Positions 13,901 through 25,404 of a stretch of 64,000 bases of DNA are shown one piece after another. Numbering within the stretch: position 1 is the first letter of the stretch; every line of letters starts with the position of its first letter. The stretch lies in NCBI GenBank assembly GCA_000388065.2, contig KB932203.1. One strand, written 5' to 3'. Below the pieces are notes generated by a model that saw nothing but the letters and a program-made list of their open reading frames with translations, was not told the DNA's origin and ran no database searches. A program made the position numbers and the translations under genes. The DNA is from Fonticula alba ATCC 38817 (taxonomy: Eukaryota > Protista > Nucleariida).

Positions 13901-16266
13901 GAGGATGGAAAGAAGGGAGGCAGGGAAGGGGGGGGGGGGGTGCGTCAGCAACTGGTGACACCTTGCCGGCCATCCAAAGGGCGAGAAGCGACCGGTATGA
14001 CGCACCAAAAACAGGCGCTCCTCCTCCAACAGGGCCATATATTCGTTCTTGGCATTGATCAGACTGGCCATCTGCTGGTGCTGCACGCGGACATTCTCCA
14101 CCATATCCTCATGTGCAGTGAGCACATCCTCGGAGATGGTGTCCGCGAAGGCCGGCGGGAAGAGCGTCCGACGCTCGTCCTCCGGAATGTGCATTTCGTC
14201 CCACAGCGAGGCCAGCTCCTGGCGGGCCAACTCCACGAAGGCCGGCAGTCGCTGCAGGCGAATGGCGCGCAGGCGCTCAAGCTCGCGCTCACACTGACGC
14301 CATATGCCAGAGTACATGGCTGGGGTTAGTGGGGGGGAGGGGCGGAGGGCCGACACCGGTACCAGGCAAGACGAGGGAAGGGCGCGAGGAAAGAAGGGCA
14401 CAGCCGGGCACGAACAATGGCAATCGAAGAGGGAGAGAGGTCGCCGGCCGAGGAGAGGATACCCTCGCGCTCCGGGTCGGCCACGTCCAGGGCGTCCCAC
14501 AGACGACCGATGCCACGCAGGAGGGTGGTCTTCTGCTCGCGCAGACGGTCCCGCTCGAGGGTCAAGCGCTCGTGGGTCTGGTCCAGGTGGGCAATCAACT
14601 TCTCGGAGGGCAGCCCATTGGCCGGGCTGCCGGGCTGCAGCAGCAGCCAGTCGAAGGATCCGGCATCCGGCTGGACACCGAGCTCGGTCCACAGAGCAGC
14701 CACTTGGCCAAGAACCTCTTGGATCCGCTGGCTAGAGGCCGCGCGGCGTCCATTCAGTCGGGCCACCTCAGCCTCGAATTCGGCAACCAGACGCAAGCTG
14801 GAATCCCCGGGGCCACTGGCAGGGGGTGAAGTGGCCGCCAGTACCCGAGCGGTATACGCCTCAATGCTGTCCGCCTGGCTGAGAATGTTGCTGACGGCGG
14901 CCACGGGCATGTCGATTTGCGCGGCCAGGTGAACGGCCTCCTGGAAGAGGGCGGTGATGCGGGCCTGGCGCTCGGCAACGCGCTGTGCAATTCGGGCGGC
15001 GGGAGGAGGCGGGGTGAGATTGGCGGTAGAGGAGACCGAGAGACGGGGAAACGGAGGGAAGGGGAAAGGGGGGGGGGTCCTGCGAACGCACAGCACTGAG
15101 CTTGTTGAGCTTTTCCTGAAGGAAGGACAGGCGCCGCTCGATGTTGCCGATGGCGCCGTCGCTGTAGGATGTGCCAGCCGGGTCCTGAGAAGGCGAGTCC
15201 CCCAGGCGGGCAAGCTGCTCGGCGATGGCACTTTGGCAGTGAGCAATCTCATTGAGCATGGCATCGCGCAGGGAAATCCGATCTTGGAGGAAGGCCTTGC
15301 ACGAATCGGCCAGATGCGAATGCAGGGCCTGGACAATGGAGCAGGCGGGCGGGCGGGGGGGGGGGTCAGCAAGACAGGACACTCAAACACATGGGACCCG
15401 TGGGGACCCGTGGGGAGCCGGGGAGGCCGCACCAGGCAGTCGGTCTGGAGGCCGGAGGCGCTCGAGCCAATTTCACTGTGGATGCAGGCCACCTCCTGCA
15501 AGGTTGCCAGGACATGCTCAGACAATGAGTGCATGATGCTGTCACACTCGGCCTGCATGTCGGGCGACAGAGACAAGGCGGTGGCCGCCTCGCCGGGGCC
15601 GCCATCCGCTGTTAGGGAAAATCGACCAAGCCCGGAGGCTGGCGAGGCCAAGGGCGAGGCCACTGGCGAGGCCAAACCCATGGGAGCCAGTGACCCGGCG
15701 CGACTGGCCGGGAGCGATGCCGGATGCGGGTGCAGAGCCGCACCACCGGATCCCGGGGCATACCCGCCGCCAATCGGGCCAGGAGACATGCTGGCGGTGG
15801 CGGCCGCGGCGGCCGCGGCAGCCGCAGCAGCGGCCGTGCGCCCGAAGGACATGTCTTCCTGGGCACCTGCGAAGTGGCCAGCCTGGATATTGAGTCCCGG
15901 GAGGGGGCCTCGACCGGGGAGATGCTGCCCGGCTGCAGGAGCCGCACCCAGCGAGAAGGCGGTCGGGCGCGAGTTGGCAAATGTGTCCAGGCCAAAGGCA
16001 CCGGTGGGGTTGCTGAATGGCATGCCCTCGCTGGGGCCGCTGGGCAGAACCCCGGCGCCTGGGCCGCTGAAGCCGCTGGTCGGCATGGAGTACCGAAGCA
16101 TGCCGACCGTGGCGGTGGCCGCGGTGGCGATGGTCATCGGGGGGTGGCCGCCGCCCGGGAAGGTGGCTGTGGTGCCCTGCTGCGAGGCGCTCAGTCGGCC
16201 AATGTCAGCAATGCTGCTCATTGCCGAAGATAGCCTGTCACCAGCCAGGTGGGGGCGAGGCTGCAT
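10922..16266 (-). CDS. PRC1: PRC1/Ase1/MAP65 microtubule-bundling protein with very long disordered termini
   Basis: MAP65_ASE1 motifs ELERLRAIRLQRLPAFVELARQELASLWDEM, YMALLEEERLF and DPQRLTRRGGPRVNLLEEERTRTRLARRKPEL...IERWEADRGQSFLVDGKRY. TGA at 10922-10924. Start at 16266 (aacATG) is probable; upstream exons are not excluded. Confidence 0.85.
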
Positions 16267-18424
16267 GTTGATGGGACTCGAGGGGGGTGTGAATGTATGG
16301 GTGGGTGGGTGGGGGGGGGGGGGACTCCCGGGCAGCAGCAAGCCGGCTGAGAGTCGGCGGCCGTGCGGGGCTACGTTGGGCGACGGGCGAGGAGTTCGCT
16401 CGGTAGGCAATGAGAGGGGGAGAGGCGGGGGAGGATACGCGGAAGGATGGATTGGAAACGGGGGCGATGGCACGAGCGGGGGGGGGAGGGGGAGAAGGGA
16501 GGGAGGATACTTCCTGACGGTTTGCCTCCCCGGGTCCGCAGAGGGCCAGGAAAAAAATCCGCCCTCGATCGCGCCCTCCTCCCCGGGAGGGGGGCACCAT
16601 AGCCTTGACCGAGCTGCTTCCGGTCACAGTCGAGGAATGCCCACGGGAGAGGCACCAACGGCCGATCGGACGGTTTTCTCCCCGTCCCCCCCTGCGGCGT
16701 GGTCCGCTTTTCGCCCGTGCCCAGGCAGGCCCGGCCGATCTTGGGCCCTGCGCATGCTTTGGGCGGCCGTTTTGGCCGATTGCGTCCGACGGTGGGACAA
16801 ACCGCCATCGCCCCCCCCCCCCCCCTCGACTACCCCTTTTGCGGCCGACCACACGGAAAGAGCCGCAGGGACAAGGCACAAAGAGGGGGCACTCTCCCAC
16901 GCCCCCCCAGGCGAATCGGCTCTGATCAGATCGTCTGCAGGGCCTCCGGATCCATGGGCGGGCAGGGGACGACGCCTCGACGAGGGGCGCGCCCTGGCGG
17001 CGTATCTCCCGGCGCACCTCCGCTCTGTCCGGCTTCCCCAGCAGCGCACGACTAGAGCCCCCGGCCGTCGCCCAGTTCGGCCCCCCCCCCGCCGCGGGCT
17101 GGAGAGCGTTGGACGGAGGAATTCAAAAGTAACGACTTGAATAATGGCATTCTTCTTCTGCTGAAGGAGTGGCAGTAGACGAGTGCCGATCCAACTGTCG
17201 CGCTCGATCCGCCTGCTGCCGCCGGACTGCGCCCTCTAGCCGGCAAGAAGCCGCGCGAGACGGGCTCCGGGCACATCCTGCCGCTGCCTGACGCTGTGCG
17301 AAAGGGGGACCCGGCGCCCGGAACCCGGGGGGGGGGGGACTTCTCCGCACGCGGAGGGTGCGCTGTGCACGCGCGCATCTGGTCGGCATGCCGAGGCAGT
17401 CCTGTCCCACGCCCGGGGAGGGGCAGGTCGCAATATCACTGCCACTGTGCTGTCGCTCCTTCGCTTGGGGCACCCCCCTCCCCGGGCCGTCTCTAGCGCG
17501 TGGCGCACATCCGCCGGCGGGTGCGAGCCCCCACAAAGGCCCGCAAGGAGTTCCCCCTGCCCCGTGTCGGAGCCAGCGCATCGCTGGAGAAGTCTCCCAC
17601 CCCGGAGAAGGGGAGGGCCCGCTGCATGCTTTGCCGACTGGGCGCCGGGATGGTGCCCTCTCCCCCCCTCCCCCCCCGGAGGCCGCCAACCGTCTGTTCC
17701 CGCAGGAGGCGCGGAGAAGGGTCCCCCTCCCCGGCCTCCTCCCGCGGCTTCCCCCCCCCCCTCCCGCCCCAGCGCATCGGAAAGAACACACCACACCAGA
17801 GAGAAAGGGCACGGCGGGAACAACGAACAAGAAAGGGGGAGGATGTTGTGTGGTAGGCACATTATAGTTGAAAGGGGGCGAGAAGAGAGAGTACTAATGA
17901 ATGGAGTGGGCGGCTACACGTGACGAAGGGCACACACTGAGAGAGGGAGGGGAGAGGAGGAGAGAGGGATGGGGGAGAGGGGGAACACAACGAGAAGGAG
18001 AGAAACACGCGGGCACGCGCGCGCACAGCGGGAGACACACACACACAGACACCGGAGGGGGGGGGAGAGAGAGAATGTGTGTATGTGTGGCGATGGTGGC
18101 GCACACAGGGGAGAAGCCCCATCACCGCGCGGCCTGGGAAAGGGCCGCATCGCGCATGCACGCGCGCGCCTTTGGGGGCGGCACACCTAATACACGCTGT
18201 GTCGACGACACCCCCAAACATCACAGCGACGCCCTGGACACCCCCCCGCAGGCGCACTCGCCATCACGGGGAAGCCACAGAGCCGGACACCCGGAGAGGG
18301 GAGGAGAGGATCCCTGGCGCGCATGTGCGCACGCCAGGGGGGGAGCTCCCCCCCGCCACCTCACCGGCCAACCGGCACGCACAAAGCAACCCTCGCGCGC
18401 GCCGCCGCCGCTGACATCGCCCAT

Positions 18425-20223
18425 TTAGATGTTGTCAGAGGGGACGGGCTCGACGAAGCCAGAGGAGACGGGGGCACCGGTGTCGTCGGCGAGGTTGTCG
18501 GCGTGGAGCTCCATAAGCTTGGAAGCGTCGAACTTGGGCTTGCGGAGGACCTTGACCTTGCGGAGGAAGACGTTGTGCAGGGGGTAGATGACCTTGCACT
18601 CCTTCTCGATGGTCTTGCCGATGGACTCGGCAATGAGCTTGGCAACGAGCTCCTTGAGGTCGACGGTGGAGACCTCCTTGTTGAGGATCTCGAACATCTT
18701 CTTGCGGATGGCAAGGATCTGGGAGGTCTGAGCGTAGGTGGTCTTCTTGACCTGGTTGGAGCGGCGCTGGGTGAAGCCGATGACGAAGACACGGAGGTGG
18801 TAGCCGTCGGTGGTGCGGACATCGACGTGGGCCTCGATCAGGGAGTGCCACTTGCGGACAAGAGAACGGAGCTTGTCGGTGGTGAGGTCCATACCGTGGA
18901 AGTTGGTCAGGCAGTTGCGGCCCTGGACGTCCTCAAGGCTGAGCTTGATCTTGCGGAAAGAGTGCTCAACATCGGAGGTGAGGTCGGCGAGGGAGACCTC
19001 GACGACGCGGCCCTTGAGACCATCGGAGGCGAGCTCTGTTGTCGAGGGGAGAGGGGGAAGGCGGCGCGAACGAGGGAGAGACGGCGGAAGGTGAGCACAC
19101 GCGACGACGGCGGGCGGGGACACGCCGAGGAACAGGCCGATGCGCGAGAGGGTGGCACAGGGGCTCGCGCACAGGCGCGCGCGCGCGCGCCCGGTCCCCG
19201 ATCCCCCTCCCTCGGCGCATGCACACCTGAGGCGGAGACGCGGAATGGCACAGAGGGGAGGCACAGAAAAAGGGAGAGGTCACGTACTGGTACCGGCGGT
19301 ACGGTTGACCAGAGTCTTGCCGATCTCGCGGTTGGAGAAGGTGGAGGGAGCCTTCAGGTCATACCAGTCCTTGCGGGAGAAGGGGTCGACAACGCGCTTG
19401 CCACCACGGCCCTTCTTGCCCTTGGAGAGACGCTTGTTCTTACCGACAGCCTGAGCGAAAGCGCGAACGAGAGGGAGGAAAGGGGCGTCAGTAACGGCAG
19501 GGCGCATCGGATGCAGATCCTCGAATGTGCATCCGACAAGGAGGGGAGACAGAAGGACAACAGCCCTGGCCGGGCCCGAGAGTGAGAGGCCTCGAGAGAC
19601 GACAGAGAGAGAGAGAGAGGGGCAGAAGGAGGGGTGATCTGTAACCGGACGAGAGGCCAATCCCTCACACGCCCGGGTGTACAGCACCTCGCCCCGGGTG
19701 AGTGCACGCCGTAACTAGCACGCGCTCCTCCGACGCAGCGCCGCGCGCGCACACATACACACACGGAGGCGGCGACATGCGAGGAGGAGCGATTAGCCAA
19801 AGTGTGGAAATGCGCGAGTGTGCACACACACACACACTCAAACAGACTGACGGCGTGGGGACAGGGGCCATGCACAGCACGGCGGCTGTCCGTCTGTCGG
19901 GGCCTTCCTCACCTCGCATCCTCTCTCGCTCGCAAGGAGCCCGGTCAACAAGGAGGCGAGGGGCTCCTGGATCCACGAAGGAAAAGGAGGGCGTGGACGT
20001 TGTCTCGAGGAGATGTGCGTGTGCACGCAGCATGCTCACAGGTCTCTCTCGCTGCCCTACTACTCGGGGGTACTCTCAGCGGCAATCGCTCCTCAGGGGG
20101 GGGGGGGCCAGACGCGGCAGGGTGTGTGTGGGGGGGAAGAGGGCAAAGAGCTTTGGTTGAACAGGAACAGGGACAGGGGGAGGCGAGGGAGGAGAGGGGG
20201 GGGCGCGGGAGAAATCGAACCAT
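18425..20223 (-). CDS. RPS3A: 40S ribosomal protein S3a (eS1)
   Basis: Exons 20221-20223 (ATG only), 19288-19450 ([14 protein letters not shown]...[12 protein letters not shown]) and 18425-19035 ([19 protein letters not shown]...PVPSDNI*). Strongly C-ending codons. The ATG micro-exon is the only ATG-GT junction found upstream of the 19451 acceptor. Confidence 0.95.
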
Positions 20224-20619
20224 ATTTGCTCGTTGACAGTGTAAATCAAAGAAAAGAAAACACAATCAAGAGGGTGAGGTCTTACCCTCACGAGGTGGGA
20301 AGCTGCCTGGTCGCCCTTCAGACAGGCCTCCCCTCGGGCCGTCCGCCGCCCACACGCAGGGCTGGGCCCCCCCCCCCCCGCCCCCCGGCTGGCAACAGGC
20401 CCCCAGAGTGTGGGAGACCGGAGCACGCGGGGCTACACACTGTCGTCTGGGTCCCACACCCCGTCTCCAACCCGCCCCCCCCCCCCCCCCGCGACGGGGT
20501 GGAAGGCGGGGCGGGGGGCGGGGGGGCGGTGCACACAAGCATCGTTACCTGCCCCCCGGCCTGGGGAGGACGAGGGGGCCGAGGCGGCGCCCGCGCCCAC
20601 ACGCACACACGCACACACG

Positions 20620-20650
<31 letters not shown>

Positions 20651-21996
20651 GCGCCGCGTCCCCTCGCACACATGGGGCGCATTCGCGCACGCCGTGCCGG
20701 GGGAAACCCGGACCACCCAACTCCGGGGTGGGGGGCAAGGGGGTGCGCACGGGAAAATGAGCCCAACGCCGGCCGGAGTAGCTCGGTCGCAGAGAGCCGC
20801 ACCACCGTCCATCCTTCCTCCCCTCCCGGGGCGGGTGAGAAAAGGCCAGCTCCACATCCCCGCCACACGAGTAGAACATGGGCGATGCAGGGGGGGGGGC
20901 GGTACACCGGCAGCCGCCTGTTGCGCGTGGGGGCTCCTCCCGGCCACCCGGTTGCCTGTTCGCGGGCAGAACACAGCACCATGTCACATGCTCCCCTCCT
21001 CACCGCCCAGGCTCGGCAGACATCCCTTCTTGGGTGCCGACAAGCGGGCCCGAGAGAACCCCAGATGTCCCCCTTCTCCCCGCTGCCAGAGCCCGAGTCA
21101 GGCATGCACACACGCGGCTGAACCAGCCTCCCTGAACGAGGTCGATTGGGAAGACACCTTGTCCGACTCCACCCGCCAGCCACCCCCCTCCGGCGGATAA
21201 CTAACACGGCCTTGTTTCCGTGGTGGCAACAATCAACGTGCGAGCGAGCAAGCACACAGGCGCCACTTCTCAGGTCGCATGCGGGGGGGGGGGGGGTCGA
21301 GCGGGTCCACGGAAAAGGGGGCGTTCATGCCCGTCTTTTTCGAACATCCAAAATTGATGCAATGATATTTGTGTAAAGATAGACACGGAAATCCCAAGTC
21401 ACACCCCAGTCACATGCGCAATGGTGGGTCAGCCGCTCGGCCCTTGTGAAAGTGGTCCTTCTCCCTGTCTCCGTGCCGTTTGTCCAAACATCCAACCCGA
21501 GCCCGATATGGTTAATCCCCCTCGGATCACATCTTCCTGGGGAGCGGGGAGCGGGGAGCAGGGCGCGAGGAGCGGGGGGGAGGGGGGGGGACAGGCATAT
21601 GGGAACCGTCGCAGGTGGAGTATCAGCTCGGCCGGCCACAAAATGGTCCTGGAATGGGCCCGGCGCCGCCCTCCGGTGTATCCCTCTTTCCCGGGGACTC
21701 GGGGCCGGACCTTGGCTGGATTGTTTAGGCCGGCCAGTGGGGCTGCGTCACAGACGGGCATCTTGCCTCGGAGTGAGGGAATCCTCCTCGCCCGGCTCTG
21801 TGTGTGTGGCATGCCGTCCTGATGCACGCGCGATTCCCATGATGGTTTTGGGTGCAAGCATCTGAGCCCTTGAAAAGCCCGGCGATAACCCGCCCCGGTT
21901 GAGCCACCGCGATCTACCTTGATTTTGCTCCGCTGCTCCCCTCCCCCCTCTCCGCCTCCCCCCTCTCGCGTATCTGGCCACTCTCTTGCATTTGCC

Positions 21997-22852
21997 ATGG
22001 CTCCCCCGTCGATTCTCAACGCCTGGAAGTCGCTCTCGCGCTTCCCGCCGTTTATGCGCACCCTGGCCTTCCGCTACATGGTCTCCTCGATCGCCCCCTA
22101 CTCCGGTGCGATCCCCTGTCGCCGTGTTCCCATGCGGCATTGTCACCCTGACCGGCCTCCTCCCCTCTGACATCCCCTCAATGCTCAGGCACCATTTTCC
22201 CCAATGTCCAGCACCTGGACACCCACAAGTGCCTGGTCTCCATCAAGGAGCGCCGGATTCTCAAGAACCCCTTTAACAGCATCCACGCCGTGGCCCTGAC
22301 CAACCTTGGTGAGCTGGCGTCCGGCGTCATGGTCATGTCGGCTCTGCAGGAGAACGGCCTCCGGGGCATTGTCACCAAGCTGGACACCGAGTACCACAAG
22401 AAGGCCAAGGGTACGCACCTTTGCGGATCTTTCCCGCTCAGCCTCCTGCCGGGTTGAGAGGGACCTTCTGCTGATGCTCCCCCCCCCCCCCCCCCACACC
22501 TCGCTCTCTTCTTCTCCCTGTGTCTCGGACACCTCCAGGTGTCGTGACGGCTGAGGCCCTTTCTCCCCCCTATGACATTTCCGGAAACCCCATCACCCCG
22601 AAGGCCCTGGCCGCCGGCGCCCCCCCCGCCGGCACCGATGCCGGCAGCACCGAGGCGGCCCCCCAGGCTTCTGGGCCCTCCTCCGCCAGCAGCGAGACCC
22701 CCTTTCCGGTGAAGGAGCTCCTCCTGCCCGGCGAGTCCGAGAAGCAGGTTCAGTTCAAGACCACCATCCGCGACGAGGCTGGCGATGTGGTGGCCATCAC
22801 CACTGCCCGCTGGATTGTCCGCGCTCTTCCCCAGGGCCAGTCTAAGAACTGA
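21997..22852 (+). CDS. DUF4442/PaaI-like hot-dog fold thioesterase family protein
   Basis: Exons 21997-22105, 22189-22410, 22539-22852 splice in frame: ...IAPYSGTIFPNVQHL...KERRILKNPFNSIHAVALTNLGELASG...VTKLDTEYHKKAKGVVTAEA...KTTIRDEAGDVVAITTARW. This fits the N-x(3)-S/T-I/V-H-A-x-A-L-x-N-L-x-E hot-dog pattern. Confidence 0.8.
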
Positions 22853-22952
22853 GCGCCTGCCCCTTGCTTGACCCCCACCCGCCCTCGCTTGTGGGTGTAT
22901 CAGAATAGTGACATCCACCTGCTTTTATCAATTTGGCACCCACTTCCTTCGT

Positions 22953-22998
<46 letters not shown>

Positions 22999-23443
22999 CC
23001 GCACACATACCCGCCCCAGATCTGGCTCCCTCCCTGTGTGAAGGAAGTTGATTTTAGTTTTACAGGAGAGTGGAGGGGGCACACGGCAAGTTCGATCCCT
23101 CCCACGGGCACACCGCCCTCATTTACACAGGAGAGGGGGAGAGGGGGAAAGAGGAGGACCAGCCCAAAAGGCACGGAGGGAGGGAGGGAGGGATGGGTGT
23201 ATACTCTTCGGGCGTGGGGCTTGTCGCTGATCGCTGATAGGCCCTTTTCTTCTGGCGCAGACTACTGGCCGACTGGGCCCACACACGCGCGTACGCGCAT
23301 GTATATACACAGATATATATATATATATATACACGCGCACACCGCAGGGCTGCCACACATGTGAAGCACATGTCGGATACTCACACAGACAATGGACAGA
23401 CGCCCACCGGAGAGGAGGGCAAGGAGGGATCTTCTTGCATTCC

Positions 23444-24526
23444 TTAGCAAGCACAACCACCAGACGCCTGCCCGCTGGCGGGCTTGTCGTCAATGACAAC
23501 CGTCTCATTGCCCGGAGCAATGGAGCCCTTGCCAGAGGCACCAATGCCATCGGGGTCCTGGGCGGCGGCAGTCCGCTCGCGGTTAGAAACAACGGCGTAG
23601 ATTTCTATCGGCCACCGGGGGAGGGGGGGCGGCGAGCGCAGGGAGGATCACGCGTGGGGGTCAGTAATCGCGAGTGCCTTGGGCCGACGCAAAAGCCGGC
23701 AGAGTGCATGTATCTTCCCGTCGTGAGGTGGGCAAGCTGCTGCACATGCGGAGGACAGGGGGAAAATCGGCAAGTCAAGGGAGGCAGCTCGAGACACACC
23801 TCCGAGAATGCTCTTGAAGGCGTTCTCAACGTTGCTGGAGTCGAGGGCAGAGGTTTCCATGAACATCAGGCCATGCTCGGAGGCGAAGGTGCGGGCCTCC
23901 TCGGTGGGGACAGCGCGCAGGTGGCGGAGATCGCTCTTGTTACCGATCAGCGAGACAACAATGTCCGGGTCGGCATGGTCGCGAAGCTCACGCAGCCAGC
24001 GGGCAGCCGCCTCGAAAGAGGAGCGGCGAGCCAGGTCATAGACGAGGAGGGCACCGACGGCACCGCGGTAGTAGCTGGGGTTTTCCCCCCACAGCAGCAG
24101 CAGGGCACATGTGTTAGGGGGGGGGGGACGGGGCATTTGATGGAGCTGCTACCACTATTGAGAGGAGAGTGCTGCGCGGAAGGAAAAGGGGAAACTGGGT
24201 ACGCACGCGCTGGTGATGGCACGGTAGCGCTCCTGGCCGGCTGTGCGCACATGCCAGGGAGAGGAGGGGGCGAAGTTAGGCTGAGGTGCCACAGAATGTA
24301 CGAGGGGGAAGTGTGCCAAGGGGGGAGGGGATGGGGGGGGGGGGGGGAGATCCTCCAAACGCACCAGTATCCCAGATCTGGGCCTTGATGATCTGGCCCT
24401 GAACCTCAACGTTGCGGGTGTTGAACTCGACACCGATGGTGGCCTTGGAGTCCATGTTAAACTCGTTGGTAGAAAAGCGCGACAGGAGGTTGGACTTGCC
24501 GACTCCGGAATCGCCAATCAGGACAA
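23444..24526 (-). CDS. RAB11: Rab11-family small GTPase (divergent paralog); exon 1 probably lies in the 24595-24809 gap
   Basis: [75 protein letters not shown] and a C-terminal GGCAC* (CXC prenylation motif; TAA 23444-23446). Confidence 0.9.
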
Positions 24527-24594
24527 CTGCGAGGCGTGGGCACGATTGCGGGTGAGTCAAGAGGCGTGCGTCGGGGGAGAGGGGCGGGGAGGGG

Positions 24595-24809
24595 NNNNNN
24601 NNNNNNNNNNNNNNNNNNNNNNNNNNNNNNNNNNNNNNNNNNNNNNNNNNNNNNNNNNNNNNNNNNNNNNNNNNNNNNNNNNNNNNNNNNNNNNNNNNNN
24701 NNNNNNNNNNNNNNNNNNNNNNNNNNNNNNNNNNNNNNNNNNNNNNNNNNNNNNNNNNNNNNNNNNNNNNNNNNNNNNNNNNNNNNNNNNNNNNNNNNNN
24801 NNNNNNNNN
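24595..24809. other. Assembly gap (N run) flanked by poly-G
   Basis: Run of N; it probably hides the first coding exon of the Rab11-like gene. Confidence 1.
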
Positions 24810-25373
24810 GGGGGGGGGGGGCGAGGGCCGCGGTACGCGGGATGCTCGCGGGGCGCGTCGGCTCGCAGGCTCCAGAACACGCCGTCAGCGGGCCTTGGAC
24901 GCCCAGGGCGGAGGGACCCACCCCGGCGAGGGAGCACGGCCGCGCCGCAGGGCAGGGAGCCGTCCTTCCCCGTCCTCTTGGCCCTCCGCTCGGGGGCTTG
25001 GGGCGATTTGTCAACTTCCTGCCGGCCCTTCGCGTCCCCGTTGGGGGATTCGAGGGGAAGGGCGAGTGGCCTGGAGGAGGTCTCGCGGCGGCGGCGGCAG
25101 CGGGGGGGGGGCGGGCGGGGTCGCGCCTCCGAGGGCTCAGAAGTAGGCTCAGGGGCGGCGCGCCCGGCCGAAAAAGGAAGCCCCGGCTGGGCGGGGAGGG
25201 GGGGGGGGGCCGGGAGCCGCGCGCCTTCCATGCCCCCCGGGGCTGAATGAGGGGGTCCGGGGCGGCAGCAGCGTCGCGCTGTGCCCCGCCAAGACGCTGG
25301 GACCTCCCCGGCTGGGGCACCCGCCACGCATGCCGCCGCGCCCTGCGGTGTGTTTGTGTGTTTGTGTTTTCGC

Positions 25374-25404
<31 letters not shown>

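Noticed and set aside
14954-17140. Long plus-strand ORFs (728 aa here; also 18323-19585, 40488-42266, 62240-63622, 11415-12590)
   Set aside because: Antisense shadows of real GC-rich minus-strand genes; they read through introns and show no domain motifs.
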